Numbered from the stretch's first letter, positions 1 to 13,994 are shown. The stretch: DNA of 64,000 nucleotides from an uncultured Gammaproteobacteria bacterium (GCA_963773065.1 CAVYZN010000011.1:256001-320000); one strand, 5' to 3'. The notes: a model not told the origin generated them from the sequence alone. Numbers and translations are program-made.

Positions 1-592
1 GGAAACCCCGTGCGCGCAGCTCCAGCACCATCCGCGGGCTGCCATAGGCACCCTTGAATTCCGCCGCGATGGCCCGGATCAGGGTCAGCAGTTGCATATC
101 ACTCAGCCGCTTGCGACCGGGCGTTCCGCCCCGTTTCCAGGCGCGGTAGCTGCTCACACTGACATCCAGCACGGCACACAATTCCGGCAACGCAAACTGT
201 TTGCACTCCAGGTCAATCCAGGCGTACTTCACAGCACGTCTTTCGCGAAGTACGCCGTCGCTTTTTTTAGGATCTCGACCTCCCGCCTGAGCCGGACGGT
301 GTCCGCCCGCAACCTCGATACTTCCACCTGCTCCGGCGTGACCGACTTCGTCCCGGACCCGTTGAGCTTGCCGGCCTTGGCCGCCTTTACCCAGTTGCGC
401 AGCGTCTGTTCGATCAGCCCCACCAGCTCCCGGGCCACGGCAGCGGGCGTCTGGCCTGCCGTTACCCGTTTCACCGCCAGTTCCTTGAACTCGGATGTGT
501 ATTCCTGTTTCGGTATCTTCTTCATCGTCTGTCTCTCCAATGTGGCTGTAGTTTACATTACCCTTGGAAGACGAATTTCAGGGGGAAGCTCA
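1..592 (-). mobile_element. IS3-family element, truncated by window start (orfA plus start of orfB)
   Basis: Terminal repeat TGAGCTTCCCCCTGAAATTCGTC ends at 592. orfA 229..540 has YTSEFKELAV...LKKATAYFAK with an A-rich slippery site, and orfB (YGSPRMV..L) runs off the left edge. Confidence 0.85.
229..540 (-). CDS. IS3-family transposase OrfA (HTH)
   Basis: Typical OrfA HTH and leucine zipper, ending LKKATAYFAK. Confidence 0.9.
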   Translation of the reverse strand: MERQTMKKIPKQEYTSEFKELAVKRVTAGQTPAAVARELVGLIEQTLRNWVKAAKAGKLNGSGTKSVTPEQVEVSRLRADTVRLRREVEILKKATAYFAKDVL

Positions 593-743
593 GTTCCTTA
601 AACCAGATCGACTATATGCAACGCCATATAGCGCTGGCGCCGGGCATTACGCTACCTAACTCCTTGAGACAGATTATATGTTGGAGTATAACAATGTTGG
701 CGAAATCGTGACTGTCAAAGAAATCATAGTTGGAGTAGATACT

Positions 744-1643
744 ATGCAGCAAAATGATAATCAGTCTTTAAGCCAGTTTTATGATTACTTGGTTACTCAA
801 TTTGATACAGAGTCAGGTGTCATGTGGTGCTATGTCAATCCGTCACCACGGCCTTGTTTTACATCTGAGCTTCTTTCGGATTTGAGAAAATTTCTGCATG
901 CTGTCAAGAATGACTACAATAATGACTTATCTTCAAATTTTACCCCGCGATTAGAATATCTGATCCTCGGGTCTTACCGTCCAGGCGTTTTTAGCTTGGG
1001 TGGTGATCTGAGTTTTTTTATAGACTGCATCAGAACCAATGATAGGAAACGATTAACAGAATACATGCGACTCAGTATTGATGTGCTTTATAACACATAC
1101 ACTAATATGGGGTTACCAGTCACCACTATTGCTCTTATCAGGGGGAACGCTCTAGGAGCCGGCTTCGAAGGAGCGTTATCATGTGATTACTTGATTGCCG
1201 AGAGAGGTGTTCACCTGGGTTTTCCGGAAGTGCTCTTTAATATGTTTCCAGGAATGGGTGCGTATAGTTTTCTTGCCAGAAGAATCAGTACGGTCGATGT
1301 TGAGAAAATGATATTAAGCGGTCGTATATATATGGCAGAAGAGTTATTTAATATGGGGGTGGTTGATGTATTGGCAGAGGACGGAGATGGGGTGAATGAA
1401 GCTTCTCGATTTATCAACCGACATCGAAAAAATCATAATACTAGAAAAGCAATATTAAAGATCAGGCATCGTATTAATCCGGTTACTTTGGAAGAATTGC
1501 TTGATATTGGTCAGTTATGGATTGATGCGGCAATGTCACTCGGTAATAAGGAATTACATGTTATGGAGCGATTGATACGCTCGCAAGACAAAATGTCCGA
1601 GACTTCAGAGAAATCGCAGCCACTTGCAACTGCCAAGGCTTAG
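744..1643 (+). CDS. rpfF: DSF synthase, crotonase/enoyl-CoA hydratase family (ORF track start 678)
   Basis: PRPCFT, FSLGGDL, GNALGAGFEGALS and FPEVLFNMFPGMGAYSFL motifs; sits next to rpfC/rpfG-like genes. Confidence 0.88.
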   Translation: MQQNDNQSLSQFYDYLVTQFDTESGVMWCYVNPSPRPCFTSELLSDLRKFLHAVKNDYNNDLSSNFTPRLEYLILGSYRPGVFSLGGDLSFFIDCIRTNDRKRLTEYMRLSIDVLYNTYTNMGLPVTTIALIRGNALGAGFEGALSCDYLIAERGVHLGFPEVLFNMFPGMGAYSFLARRISTVDVEKMILSGRIYMAEELFNMGVVDVLAEDGDGVNEASRFINRHRKNHNTRKAILKIRHRINPVTLEELLDIGQLWIDAAMSLGNKELHVMERLIRSQDKMSETSEKSQPLATAKA

Positions 1644-1654
1644 TAGTTCAAACG

Positions 1655-3160
1655 TCACTCATGTTTTTTCAACTTGGTGGCGAACAGATCCGGTTGGGCA
1701 AACAATTGGTCAACTCGCAGTTTCCCCAAGGCGAGCTTCTCTTGTATTGGGATGATTCTTTCCAGTTCAGTAAGACGAAGGGAGTCTGTGTCATATCTGC
1801 GCTTAATTTGTTCCAGTTCAGTTATCAGTTCACTAAGGTCAGTATCGGCTTGCTCCAACGAATAATCCTTATCATAAGCGTTGTGTAGTGGTCAACTGTT
1901 TCCGGGCACTTTATTAAGGATCTTTTCGTAATTCATCGGTGTCTTGTAGCCCAGCGTCGAGTGCAGACGCTTCGAATTGTAATACACCGCCACATATTCC
2001 CGGACATCGGCCATCGCTTCCTGCCGGGTACGATACAACCGGTCACCGGTCCATTCCCGTTTCAGACTGCTGAAGAACCGTTCTATCGGTGCGTTATCCC
2101 AGCAGTTACCCTTACGACTCATGCTGCAGACCATCTCATGCTGTTTCATCAAGCCTGGTAGGCATGACTGGCGTACTGGCTGCCGCGGTCTGAATGGTGC
2201 AGCAGGCCGGGTGGTGGTTGCCTCAGATTGATCGCCATCAGCAAGGCCCGGATCACCAGCGCCTTCTTCATGCGCCGATCCATCGCCCAGCCCACTACCC
2301 GGCGGGAATACAGATCAATGACTACCGCCAGGTAGACCCAACCCTCTTGGGTCCACAGGTACGTTATGTCCGTGCCCCAGACCTGATTGGGCCCCTGCGG
2401 AGCAAATTGGCGACTCAGCACATTCTCAGCCACTGGCAGGTTGTGCTTGCTGTCGGTCGTTGCCTTATATTTGCGCTTCTGCTTGACCTTCAGGTTCAGC
2501 ACCTTCATCAAACGACGCGTCCGGTCACGACCAATCTCAAAACCTTCCTCACGCAGGTTCTTCATCAGCGTGCGACTACCCAGGCTGTCACGGGATGCCC
2601 TGAACAGCTCCTTCATGCGCCGCCGCAAGACCAGATCCTCGGTGGGATGACCCTGCCTGGCTGATCTCGCCAGTCGTAATAGCTGCTGCGCGGCACCCCC
2701 AGTAGGCGGCACAGATGAGCTACCGGCCAGTGCCCGGCATGCTCCCGTATGAACCCGTACTTCACTTCATTTCCTTCGCGAAGTACTGACTCGCTTTTTT
2801 TAAAATCTCTTTCTCCATCCGCAGCAGGCAGACTTCTTTGCGCAGCCGCTTCAACTCCTCACGCTCATCAGTGCTGAGCCAGTATCAGAGGCCTCTTCCT
2901 CAAACTCCCGCATCCAGCGGCGTATCAGGTTATCCCCAATACCCAGGCTCCGCGCCGCCTCAGAGGGCTTGTAACCCTGCTCGGTCACCAGCGCCACCGC
3001 ATCCCGCTTGAAATCTTCCGTGTAGTTCCGCCGCTTTCTCGTCTCTGTTGTCATCGCTCACCTCGTTATGGCATTTTACCGCCTTAACTCGGTGTCCGGA
3101 TGTATCAGACCAGACCACTTCATTGCAGATAATGTCGGCGAGAGTCCATTTCCTTAGCAT
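1655..3160 (-). pseudogene. 87-aa hypothetical gene interrupted by an IS3 element
   Basis: Removing IS 1884..3122 and one TTG duplication joins 3160..3126 (MLRKWTLADII-C) in frame to 1883..1655 (NAYDKDYSLEQADTDL...KKHE). Confidence 0.7.
1884..3122 (-). mobile_element. IS3-family element with 3-bp TSD (TTG); orfA ~2765..3054, orfB ~1892..2760, frameshifted
   Basis: Ends TGTAGTGGTC... and ...GACCACTTCA; TTG at 1881-1883 and 3123-3125; DDE motifs [17 protein letters not shown] and GNCWDNAPIERFF. Confidence 0.92.
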
Positions 3161-3224
3161 GGAAGAATTTTATCTTGAAGGTATGAGCTTTGTTTCGAGT
3201 ATTAAGCGACAAATGAGTGAGCCG

Positions 3225-4507
3225 TTAGAGGTGGCCCGCGGTAGCTGGACAGGGGTGAGGTATGTTTAAGTGTCTTCTGCGAAGATAATTGGAATTGAGA
3301 TGGGAGCAGAAGATGAAGAGAAAGCGCAGGAATCATTCAGCGAGTTTCAAGGCGAAGGTGGCTCTGGCAGCTATTCGGGGCGACAAGACGCTGGCGGAAT
3401 TATCCGAGCAGTTTGATGTGCATCAGAACCAGATTCAGGACTGGCGGCGGAAGTTGTTGGATCAAGCAGAGCGGGTCTTTGACCACGGCGGTGGTTCAGC
3501 GTCCGAGTCTGAACACAAGGTCAAGGAGCTGCATGCCAAGATCGGGCAATTAACGATGGAACGGGATTTTTTAGCACAAGGGCTGGAAAGGATTCACGGC
3601 CCGAGCGGCAGAAAATGATTGATCGGACGCATTCATTGCCAGTGACTCGCCAGTGTCAGCTGCTGGGTCTCAATCGCTCCTCGGTGTATTACCAACCGAT
3701 GGGTTTCTGACGAGGATTTGCTGCTGATGCGGCTGATCGACGAGATTCATCTCAAACGCCCGTTCTATGGCAGTCGACGGATCCGGGATGATTTACAGGA
3801 CCTGGGGCATCGGGTGAACCGCAAGAAGGTGCAGCGCCTGATGCGGCTGATGGGGATTACTGCCCTCTATCCGAAGGCGAACACCAGCCGGCCTGGAAAG
3901 GGCCATACGATCTACCCCTACCTGCTGAAAGGCTTGAACATCGACCGTTCGAACCAGGTGTGGGCAACGGACATCAGCTACGTTCCGATGGCCAAAGGCT
4001 TTGTGTATGTGGTGGCCATCATGGACTGGTACAGCCGCAAGGCGCTGGCCTGGCGGATGTCGAACACGATGGATGCGGACTTCTGTGTGGATGCCCTGGA
4101 GGAAGCTATCAGCCGCTATGGGGCGCCGGATATTTTCAATACGGATCAGGGTGCCCAGTTTACCAGTGATGCTTTCACCGGTGTTCTCAAGGCGGCGGGT
4201 ATCCGGATCAGCATGGACGGCAAGGGTCGTTGGGTGGACAATGTGTTTGTGGAGCGCTTGTGGCGCAGCCTGAAATACGAGGAGGTGTATCTCAAGGCGT
4301 ACGAGACGGTTGCCGAGGCCCGGTTGAGCATTGGAAACTACTTCCGGTTCTACAATCGCGAACGCAGGCACCAGAGCCTGGATCGGCAGACGCCGGATCA
4401 GGTCTATGAAGGTAGTGTGGTGTGGCCGGTTGCAGCATGATCAGGCCACAGCATGTGTGGGCAGAATACACTTGAGCAGATGTCCAAGAATCGGGGTCCA
4501 TTTCTGA
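3225..4507 (+). mobile_element. IS3-family element (orfA 3289..3618, orfB ~3615..4440)
   Basis: Imperfect IRs AGAGGTGGCCCGCGGTAGCTGGACA and TGTCCAAGAATCGGGGTCCATTTCT; WATDISY, FNTDQGAQF and DNVFVERLWRSLKYE motifs; no clear TSD. Confidence 0.88.
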
Positions 4508-4637
4508 ATGTGAAGGATAAATCGCGGGAGAGCGTGGTTGCGAATTCTCCGCGTAGCGGCTTCGTCCAACACTCTAATTGACAGGGAAGCTAATGTGCAC
4601 ACAACTGCACGATCTGTGCTGAATCAATTGGTAAGAA

Positions 4638-7199
4638 TCAACTATCGTAATTCGTTGCTGCTTTGCTATTTATATAACCCAATAAATCATTCATTGTTTC
4701 TTTTCTAATCCTGTTCAGATTCCTAAGGTTGTTAATATAACTAAAGGGGTCATCATCTCTATACAAGAATTCTTTACATGCAATATATAGTTGCTCGGCG
4801 CCAACACTACCAGATGAACCTTTCAATGCGTGTAGACATTCCTTGTAGCCTTTATAATCTTTTTTTGATATGGCAATCTCCATTTCTGAAAGTAGAGCTT
4901 CGCTGTCTTTGGTAAATACGTTTATTATCTCGCATATAAATCTGTTACCTTCTGATAATGAGATTAGATTGTTAATGATGTCCTTATTTAGCATCTTGTA
5001 TAACTTTTCTTGTTGAGTAGTTATGTTAATAACATTTTTTGATGTGATGGTCGGATCAACTGAAGAATGATACTGCTTAGAAACCGAATAAATGGTAGTT
5101 AATAATTTTTTAGCTTCAATTGGTTTTGTAAGATAAGCCTCAACATTAGCTTCTTCACATAGTTGTTTTGCTTCCATGGTTGCATTTGCTGTAAGAATAA
5201 TAATCGGTATTTTTTCCTGTCCCATAGTTGAATAATTATATATTTTTGCTGCCTCTATACCCCCCATTACAGGCATCTGCATATCCATGATAAGTATGTC
5301 AAAATCTTTAGACTCCAGTGCATCAAGCGCTTCTTGCCCATTATTTACTAAATATGGTAAATGACCTGCATGCTCGATAATTTTCGATACAACAAGCTGG
5401 TTTGTTGCATTGTCATCTGCCACGAGGATATGCAATGGCGGGCGGGAGTTGATACCCTTTTGACGGAAATAATCATGAAGATTACTTGTCCTGTCATTTT
5501 TTATAAAACTAGTACATGAGGCATGTAAGGCATTAAACAAAGAGTGCTTATCTACCAGTTTCTTTATGATATTTGTATATCCTGCCGTGTACAATTCGTT
5601 ATACCCATCTGTCTGATCCGTCATAAGCAACAGTGGTATGTGACTAATACGTGAGGATGAGCGTACTGAATATGCAAATTGCTCGGCACTTATTTCAAGA
5701 TTCTCGCTATCAATTAGTGCAATATCGAATGCTTTCCCGCCAGTAGCAGCATTCATAAGGTAGGATATTGCTGATTCTGAATTATCAGCAATTGTGTATT
5801 CAATACCCCAACTGGTGAGGTAATTCAATACATTGACATTGTCAGATCGCATAACTAATACACGCAATTTATTAAAAATTGTCTTGTCAAATCCTGAAGA
5901 TGTTTCTTTCTGCTTATTGAAATTTATCTGGAACCAGAAAGTACTTCCTACGTCCATAACACTGTGTACGCCGATTACGCCTCCCATGAGTTCTACTATC
6001 TGTTTGGAAATGGTTGTGCCAAGGCCTGTTCCACCAAAGCGGCGGGTAGTCGAACTGTCAGCCTGGGTAAAACTCTCAAATATTGATTTTTGAGCTTTGA
6101 GAGGGATGCCTATACCGGAGTCGATAACCTCGAAGCGCACATCTGCCACAGTATTATCTTCAAACAGGGTGCTGATCCTAAGTTCGATGCCACCTTTTTC
6201 CGTGAATTTAATGGCATTTCCAATCAGGTTGATAAAGACCTGTCTCAGATGATGAGGGTCCCCGATTAATCTGAATGGGGTATATGGAGAAATATGCGAA
6301 ACCAGATCGAGTCCTTTCGATTTGGCCTGAATCTGAAGCATTGCTATAGTTGTATTCACTAGATCATGCAGATCAAAATCAGTGCTTTCAATGGAAAACT
6401 TGCCTGCTTCGATCTTTGAAATATCCAGAATATCTTCGATTAGGGTAAGTAATGTCTTTGCAGAAGACTGGATTATTCTGGCTAGTTCATGTTGCTCATT
6501 GTTTAATTCAGTCTCCATGATTAAATCACTCATCCCAATTACACCATTGAGAGGAGTTCTTATTTCATGACTCATATTTGCGAGAAATCGACTTTTTGCT
6601 TTATTGGCTTCTTCTGCGTCGGCTCTAGCTTTTGTTAATTTGTTCAGTAAGACCGAGAAGAAAACAGGCAATACAACCATCCCAATTAACAAACCGACAC
6701 CAGCAGTTCTCTGTTCAATCCAATAATCAGTCATTAATAATACAAATGAAAACTCAATGGAGGCAATGATTGTCCCCGCTAGCAGATAAATCTGCCCGAA
6801 ACGCATACCGTAACCGACAATTATCCACAGATATATCGAGAAACATGGCGTGGCTGTGTCGCCACCTATATATAGGGTAGAGGATAGAAGAGTCAGGTCT
6901 GAGATTAAGGTAAATACCCTTCGTATATGTGATTTATTTGGCGCTAATTTGAATGATATAAGTATAAAAATCGCTGTAAAATCATAAAAAGTTAGGAAAC
7001 CTATTGGATGTTCTAATATATTCTTGTCGCCAGTGAGATAATAATGTAGTGAGAAATATACAGTTATAGATGAAAGAATAATCAGCCTTATTACGGCTTG
7101 CTGATACTCACCCAGAGAAATGTCTTCATTGAAAGCAATAGTTCTCTTTACCAAACTGAGAATTGGTTTGGTAGGTTCTGCAAAGATTGTGTTGGACAT
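4638..7199 (-). CDS. rpfC: RpfC-like hybrid sensor histidine kinase (TM sensor, HisKA, HATPase, degenerate REC, REC, HPt)
   Basis: About 5 TM helices, [30 protein letters not shown] and HALKGSSG; stop/start overlap with rpfG. Confidence 0.85.
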   Translation of the reverse strand: MSNTIFAEPTKPILSLVKRTIAFNEDISLGEYQQAVIRLIILSSITVYFSLHYYLTGDKNILEHPIGFLTFYDFTAIFILISFKLAPNKSHIRRVFTLISDLTLLSSTLYIGGDTATPCFSIYLWIIVGYGMRFGQIYLLAGTIIASIEFSFVLLMTDYWIEQRTAGVGLLIGMVVLPVFFSVLLNKLTKARADAEEANKAKSRFLANMSHEIRTPLNGVIGMSDLIMETELNNEQHELARIIQSSAKTLLTLIEDILDISKIEAGKFSIESTDFDLHDLVNTTIAMLQIQAKSKGLDLVSHISPYTPFRLIGDPHHLRQVFINLIGNAIKFTEKGGIELRISTLFEDNTVADVRFEVIDSGIGIPLKAQKSIFESFTQADSSTTRRFGGTGLGTTISKQIVELMGGVIGVHSVMDVGSTFWFQINFNKQKETSSGFDKTIFNKLRVLVMRSDNVNVLNYLTSWGIEYTIADNSESAISYLMNAATGGKAFDIALIDSENLEISAEQFAYSVRSSSRISHIPLLLMTDQTDGYNELYTAGYTNIIKKLVDKHSLFNALHASCTSFIKNDRTSNLHDYFRQKGINSRPPLHILVADDNATNQLVVSKIIEHAGHLPYLVNNGQEALDALESKDFDILIMDMQMPVMGGIEAAKIYNYSTMGQEKIPIIILTANATMEAKQLCEEANVEAYLTKPIEAKKLLTTIYSVSKQYHSSVDPTITSKNVINITTQQEKLYKMLNKDIINNLISLSEGNRFICEIINVFTKDSEALLSEMEIAISKKDYKGYKECLHALKGSSGSVGAEQLYIACKEFLYRDDDPFSYINNLRNLNRIRKETMNDLLGYINSKAATNYDS

Positions 7200-8257
7200 T
7201 ACTTATAGTTAGAAATCTGATTATCCGGAAGCATATTCTGGATCTTCAATATGAAATCGATCTTTGCCTTGAAGGCATCGAAACACTCCGGATCAAAATG
7301 AATGCCACGCTGTTTCGCCATGTATTCAAGTGCGGTCTGCATCGGCCAAGCATGCTTGTAGGGTCGTTCTGACACGAGTGCGTCATAGACATCTGCAACG
7401 GCAACTATCCTTGCGACTATCGGTATCTCTTCACCCTTCTTGCCGTGTGGATAACCGGACCCGTCGAATTTTTCATGATGTCCCAATGCGATGATTGCAC
7501 CCATTTTCAGGAACTTTGACGGGCTGTCCTTGAGTATTTCGTAGCCTATCAATGTATGTTCCTTCATTATTTTGAACTCTTCTTGAGTTAGTTTCCCAGG
7601 CTTCAGGAGGATGCTGTCCATGATGCCAATCTTGCCAATGTCATGCATAGGTGCAGCCATCTCGATAACGTCAGCGTCATCACCGGTGAAACCAAGTTCC
7701 TCGGCAATGATCCTGGAATACTTGGCCATGCGTATGACATGGTTACCAGTCTCCTCGTCGCGGTATTCGCCCGCTTTTGCAAGGCGGAGGAGTGTTTCCC
7801 TTTCCCGTAACCGGATCTCGCTGGTAGCTTCGGCAACGCGTCGTTCAAGCCAGCGTGACCGGTCACGGATAATCTTGTATTGCTGATGCTGGGTCAGAAG
7901 GTTGCGGCAGCGTGCTCGGCACTCGTGGTGATCGACCGGTTTCATGAGAAAGTCGGTGGCGCCAACTTCCAATGCATCATAACGTACGGTTCTGTCTTCG
8001 ATTGCGGTGACCATGATAACCGGGATATGTTCGCAGGCAGGATCTCGGCGGAATTTACGGATGAATTCGATACCGTTCATCTCCGGCATCTTGTAATCTG
8101 TCAATATGAGATCAATCGGGTTGCACAATGTCCACTTGAGCGCCTCCAGTGGATCCGCAAAAGACTGGATATTCAAACCATCTTCTAGGGATCTGACCAA
8201 CTGAATTAGGATTTGTCGACTGGTCATCTGGTCATCAACTATTACGATCGTGGTCAT
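7199..8257 (-). CDS. rpfG: REC + HD-GYP c-di-GMP phosphodiesterase response regulator
   Basis: N-terminal REC (IVDD, TDYKMP), [20 protein letters not shown]; rpf context. Confidence 0.88.
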   Translation of the reverse strand: MTTIVIVDDQMTSRQILIQLVRSLEDGLNIQSFADPLEALKWTLCNPIDLILTDYKMPEMNGIEFIRKFRRDPACEHIPVIMVTAIEDRTVRYDALEVGATDFLMKPVDHHECRARCRNLLTQHQQYKIIRDRSRWLERRVAEATSEIRLRERETLLRLAKAGEYRDEETGNHVIRMAKYSRIIAEELGFTGDDADVIEMAAPMHDIGKIGIMDSILLKPGKLTQEEFKIMKEHTLIGYEILKDSPSKFLKMGAIIALGHHEKFDGSGYPHGKKGEEIPIVARIVAVADVYDALVSERPYKHAWPMQTALEYMAKQRGIHFDPECFDAFKAKIDFILKIQNMLPDNQISNYK

Positions 8258-8332
8258 ATCACTTCTCTTCGTGACAGATAATAAATACGGTCACAACCGG
8301 CCGCTCTATCTCTAGCCTGATTTCTTCATTTA

Positions 8333-8352
8333 TATGTGACATAAGTCACATA
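8333..8352. promoter_or_regulatory. CRP/Clp-type binding site upstream of rpfG-rpfC
   Basis: TATGTGAC-ATAA-GTCACATA contains the exact consensus TGTGA-N6-TCACA, about 80 bp upstream of the rpfG ATG. Confidence 0.65.
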
Positions 8353-8598
8353 ACAAATTGAAATATATTAGTAAAACAGGTTTCCACTTTGCTCTGAAGA
8401 GTATCGGCATTTATATAAAAAAGTTAAATCTTTTAGTGGGTTGCAAAAGCGGGCTGGATAATGATGGGTGCTGTTTAAGCGTGATTCACCGGGACAGTGA
8501 TGGAGCCGTGCAAATTGTCACGGGCTTGATGTGGGTACGTTGCCTTGCAGGCTGACAACCAGCCGTTACAATAGCTCGCAATTAATTACTCAACGAGG

Positions 8599-8829
8599 TT
8601 GTCTATGATCCCTAAAAACGAAAATGAGCGGCAAGCGCCTTCATTTTTCAGCGTGCTGGGAAGTGTGCTGGCAAGCATGTTCGGGGTGCAAAGCACGAGC
8701 AAACGCGAGGCTGACTTTACTCGCGGCAAACCAATCCACTATATCCTGGTGGGGCTGCTGGTAACGGTGGTTTTTATATTGACGGTGTGGGGTGTGGTGA
8801 AACTAGTACTGGGTTTTGCTGGTGTCTAA
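8599..8829 (+). CDS. DUF2970-like small membrane protein
   Basis: SVLASMFGVQS..READF motif plus a TM helix. Confidence 0.8.
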   Translation: MSMIPKNENERQAPSFFSVLGSVLASMFGVQSTSKREADFTRGKPIHYILVGLLVTVVFILTVWGVVKLVLGFAGV

Positions 8830-11592
8830 AGAGAGCGGATCCGCTGTTGTTGTTCCTCCAGGCTGTTGATCGCATTCCTCAACTCGGCGGCCCGTGCCTG
8901 TTCTTTTTCTACGACCGCAGCCGGCGCTTTGTCAACAAAACAGGCATTTGAGAGTTTTTTCTCGCAGCGGTCCAGTTCACTAATCTTCTTGTTCCATTCT
9001 TTGAACAGCCTGACAAGCTCCGCCTCCTTGTCGATCAAACCGGAAAGGGGATGAGCAGTTTCATGTCACCCAGCAGGGCGGTGGCCGATTCCGGCACCGT
9101 GTCATCCGGCTTCCAGCCAGGCCACGGATTCAATGCGTCCCACCGTGACCAGGTAATGCCGGTTTCCTGACAGGCGTTCCCGGTCAATGGCTGAGCCATT
9201 CTGCAGCATCACAGGCAGAAGTTTACGCGGATCGATATTCATGCCGCTGCGGATCTTGCGTACGCCGATGATGAAGGCCTTAACCCACTCAATCTCTTCG
9301 ATGGCGTTCCGGTCGATCAGATGTTCCTCGGGTGAGGGGTAGGGCTGTTGCATGATGGTCTTGCCTGCAACTCCTGCCAATGGTGCCATCCGTTGCCAGA
9401 TTTCCTCCGTTATGAACGGTATTATGGGGTGAGCGAGTCGCAGCAGGGTTTCCATGACGATGACCAGCGTTCGGCGTGTGCCGCGCAGTGCCGCCTCGGG
9501 GCTGTCTGGGTCGGTCAGGACCGGTTTGGAGAGTTCCAGGTACCAGTCGCAGTATTCATCCCAGATGAATGAATAGATCGTCTGCGCCGCCAGGTCGAAG
9601 CGGTAATTGCCGATCGAGCCGACAACCTCGTGCACGGTGTTTTGCAGCAGGGAAATGATCCACCGGTCGGCGGCGTTCAGTTCGATCGCGTGGCCGCTCT
9701 GTCCGCAGTCCCGGCCTTCGGTGTTCATCAGGACATAGCGCGCGGCATTCCAGAGCTTGTTGCAGAAGTTCCGGTAGCCTTCTATCCGGCCCAGGTCGAA
9801 ATTGATATCGCGTCCCGTCGAAGCCAGCGCCGCAAAGGTAAAACGGAGTGCATCGGTCCCGAAAGCAGGGATGCCGTCCGGGAAATCCTTGCGCGTCTGT
9901 CTTTCGACCCTGTCCGCCATTTGCGGCTGCATAAGACCGGCGCGTCGCTTGGCAACCAGCATCTCCAGGTCTATGCCATCGATAAGGTCAAGCGGATCCA
10001 GTACATTGCCCTTGGACTTGGACATCTTCTGGCCGTGCGCATCACGCACCAGGCCATGGATGTAGACTTCCCGGAAAGGCACATCACCCATGAATTTCAG
10101 TCCCATCATGATCATGCGCGCGACCCAAAAGAAGATGATGTCGAAGCCGGTCACCAGCACGCTGGTCGGGTAGAACGTTCTCAGGGCGTCGGTCTCTTCC
10201 GGCCACCCCAAGGTGCTGAAGGGCCATAGCGCCGAGGAGAACCAGGTATCCAGTACGTCCTCATCCTGCCTGAGTGTGACGGCTTCCTTCAAGGCATGCC
10301 TGGTGCGCACCTCGGTTTCGGAACGACCAACATAGATGTTGCCGTCCGAATCATACCAGGCCGGTATGCGATGGCCCCACCAGATCTGGCGCGAGATGCA
10401 CCAGTCCTGGATGTTGCGCATCCATTCGTAATAGGTATTCTTCCAGTTATCGGGTATGAACCGGATGCGGCCATCCTCGACGGCCTTGATTGCGGGTTCC
10501 GCCAGAGGTGCGATCTTCACGAACCACTGGTCGGTCAGATAGGGCTCCACCACGGACCCTGAACGATCACCGCGCGGGACCATCAGCCGGTGATCCTCAA
10601 TCTTTTCGAGCAGACCAGCGCTTTCAAGATCGGCCACGATCCGCTGGCGCGCGGCATAACGTTCCAGGCCCTGATATTTCTCCGGCGCATTCTCATTGAT
10701 GCAGGCATCCACCGTGAGGATGTTGATCATGGGCAGGCCATGACGCTTGCCGACCTCGTAGTCATTGAAATCGTGTGCCGGCGTTATCTTCACACAACCG
10801 GTACCGAACTCCGGGTCGACATATTCATCGGCAATGATCGGAATCTCACGATCTGCGAGTGGCAGGTGAACGGTTTTCCCTACCAGATGGCGGTAACGAG
10901 CGTCTTCGGGGTGCACGGCTACAGCCGTGTCGCCCAGCATGGTTTCCGGCCGTGTCGTTGCGACTATCAGGTGACCGGAGCCATCGGTCGATCGGATAGC
11001 GCATATGCCACAGGTGACCGGCCTCTTCCCCGGAGATGACTTCGAGGTCCGAGACAGCGGTATGCAGGATCGGGTCCCAGTTTACCAGTCGCTGGCCGCG
11101 GTAGATCAAGCCCTCTTCATACAGGCGCACAAAGGTTTCCTTCACGGCACTGGACAGACCCTTATCCATGGTGAAGCGCTCGCGGCTCCAGTCCACCGAG
11201 GAGCCCATGCGACGCAGCTGTTGCGTGATCGTGCCGCCGGATTTGTGCTTCCACTCCCAGATGCGTTCGATAAAGGCCTCGCGCCCGAGATCATGGCGGG
11301 TTTTGTTGTCGATGTTGAGCTGGCGCTCCACCACCATCTGCGTGGCAATCCCGGCATGGTCGGTGCCGGGTTGCCATAGCGTGTTGTCGCCGCGCATGCG
11401 GTGATAGCGGGTGAGGGCGTCCATCAGCGTGTCCTGGAACGCGTGTCCCATGTGCAGGCTACCGGTGACGTTGGGTGGCGGGATCATGATGCAGTAGGGT
11501 TCGCCCTTCCCGGAGGGCGTAAAACAGCCTTCCTTTTCCCAGGTATCGTACCAGCGCTGCTCGATGGCTTGCGGGTTGTAGGTTTTATCCAT
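8826..11592 (-). CDS. valS: Valine--tRNA ligase (frameshifts near 10980 and 9040-9100, likely sequencing errors)
   Basis: [25 protein letters not shown] and KMSKS motifs, C-terminal coiled coil. Confidence 0.95.
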
Positions 11593-11671
11593 CTCAAATT
11601 CTTGCATGAAACACGGCCGCCGATGGCCAGAGCAGGGAATTATACCTTACGTCGCGTGATGGCCGAGGAGC

Positions 11672-12049
11672 TTACCCATTCCCTGGGTTGGTTTCCTCCA
11701 GGATGCGGGCGAGGATATCCGGGATCACGGATTCGAGCTGCTGTCGAATTTCGTCATAGGCGTTATTGCCAGCCTCATCCATGGCCTTGGTGATGGCCTG
11801 TTCGATGACGGGGCGTATGGAACGGTCAATGTGCTGGTAGATATCCAGCGACAATTCCGCGGCGAACTCATCCAGTGCCTTTCGCAAGGTCTGATTGCTC
11901 AGCAACTGCCGGGCAATGGATTCAACCGGCATGCCGGGCAACCGCGTGTCGGGGTACTGCTTATTAACGCTCCCGGTGTCCGGATGGACAACGTTGCTAA
12001 GGATTGGAATGCCCTCCTCGTCAACAACCAGTTCATCGTGTGATCTCAT
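11672..12049 (-). CDS. Hypothetical protein between holC and valS
   Basis: ORF in operon orientation; IPILSNVV N-terminus and helical acidic body. Confidence 0.6.
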   Translation of the reverse strand: MRSHDELVVDEEGIPILSNVVHPDTGSVNKQYPDTRLPGMPVESIARQLLSNQTLRKALDEFAAELSLDIYQHIDRSIRPVIEQAITKAMDEAGNNAYDEIRQQLESVIPDILARILEETNPGNG

Positions 12050-12053
12050 CAGC

Positions 12054-12483
12054 TTAACTGATCTCGTGAGTGTTCAATGTGTAACCACGGTCCTTGTAGA
12101 AACGATACCGCTCCCGCGCTTCGGCCCGCTGTGTGTCGTTGCCACCGACGAGATCGGCCACCCGATTAAAACGGCTAAAAAAGGGCGGGACTTCGCTCGA
12201 CAGGTTGATCAGTACATCATGGCTGTCCTGCGGTTCCCTGTTGTGACCCAGCAGGATGGGCTGTTCCCCGCGATCTTCTCCATTATCATACAGCGTGCGG
12301 CAGAAAACTTCCGGCCCGGAATGACCACAGCAGATCATCCAGTTGCAACAGTTGCGTGGCCGATTCTGTGTTGATATAGACCCGATGACCCTGTTGAAAT
12401 GCTTTTTCCGTCAGCCGGCAGGCAAACAGCGGACGCGCGGTTTCCCCTGTGTCCTTGAGAATGTAGAAATCGACACGGGTCAT
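12054..12483 (-). CDS. holC: DNA polymerase III chi subunit (one frameshift)
   Basis: MTRVDFYIL, ACRLTEKA, LDDLLWSF..SFLPH and ARERYRFYKDRGY motifs. Confidence 0.92.
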
Positions 12484-12495
12484 CGCCGGGTGTCG

Positions 12496-13994
<1,499 letters not shown>

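Noticed and set aside
4555-4635. attC-like starts (GTCCAAC here; ACCTAAC near 654) suggesting integron cassettes around the rpf genes
   Set aside because: No complementary GTTRRRY end forming an attC hairpin and no integron integrase.
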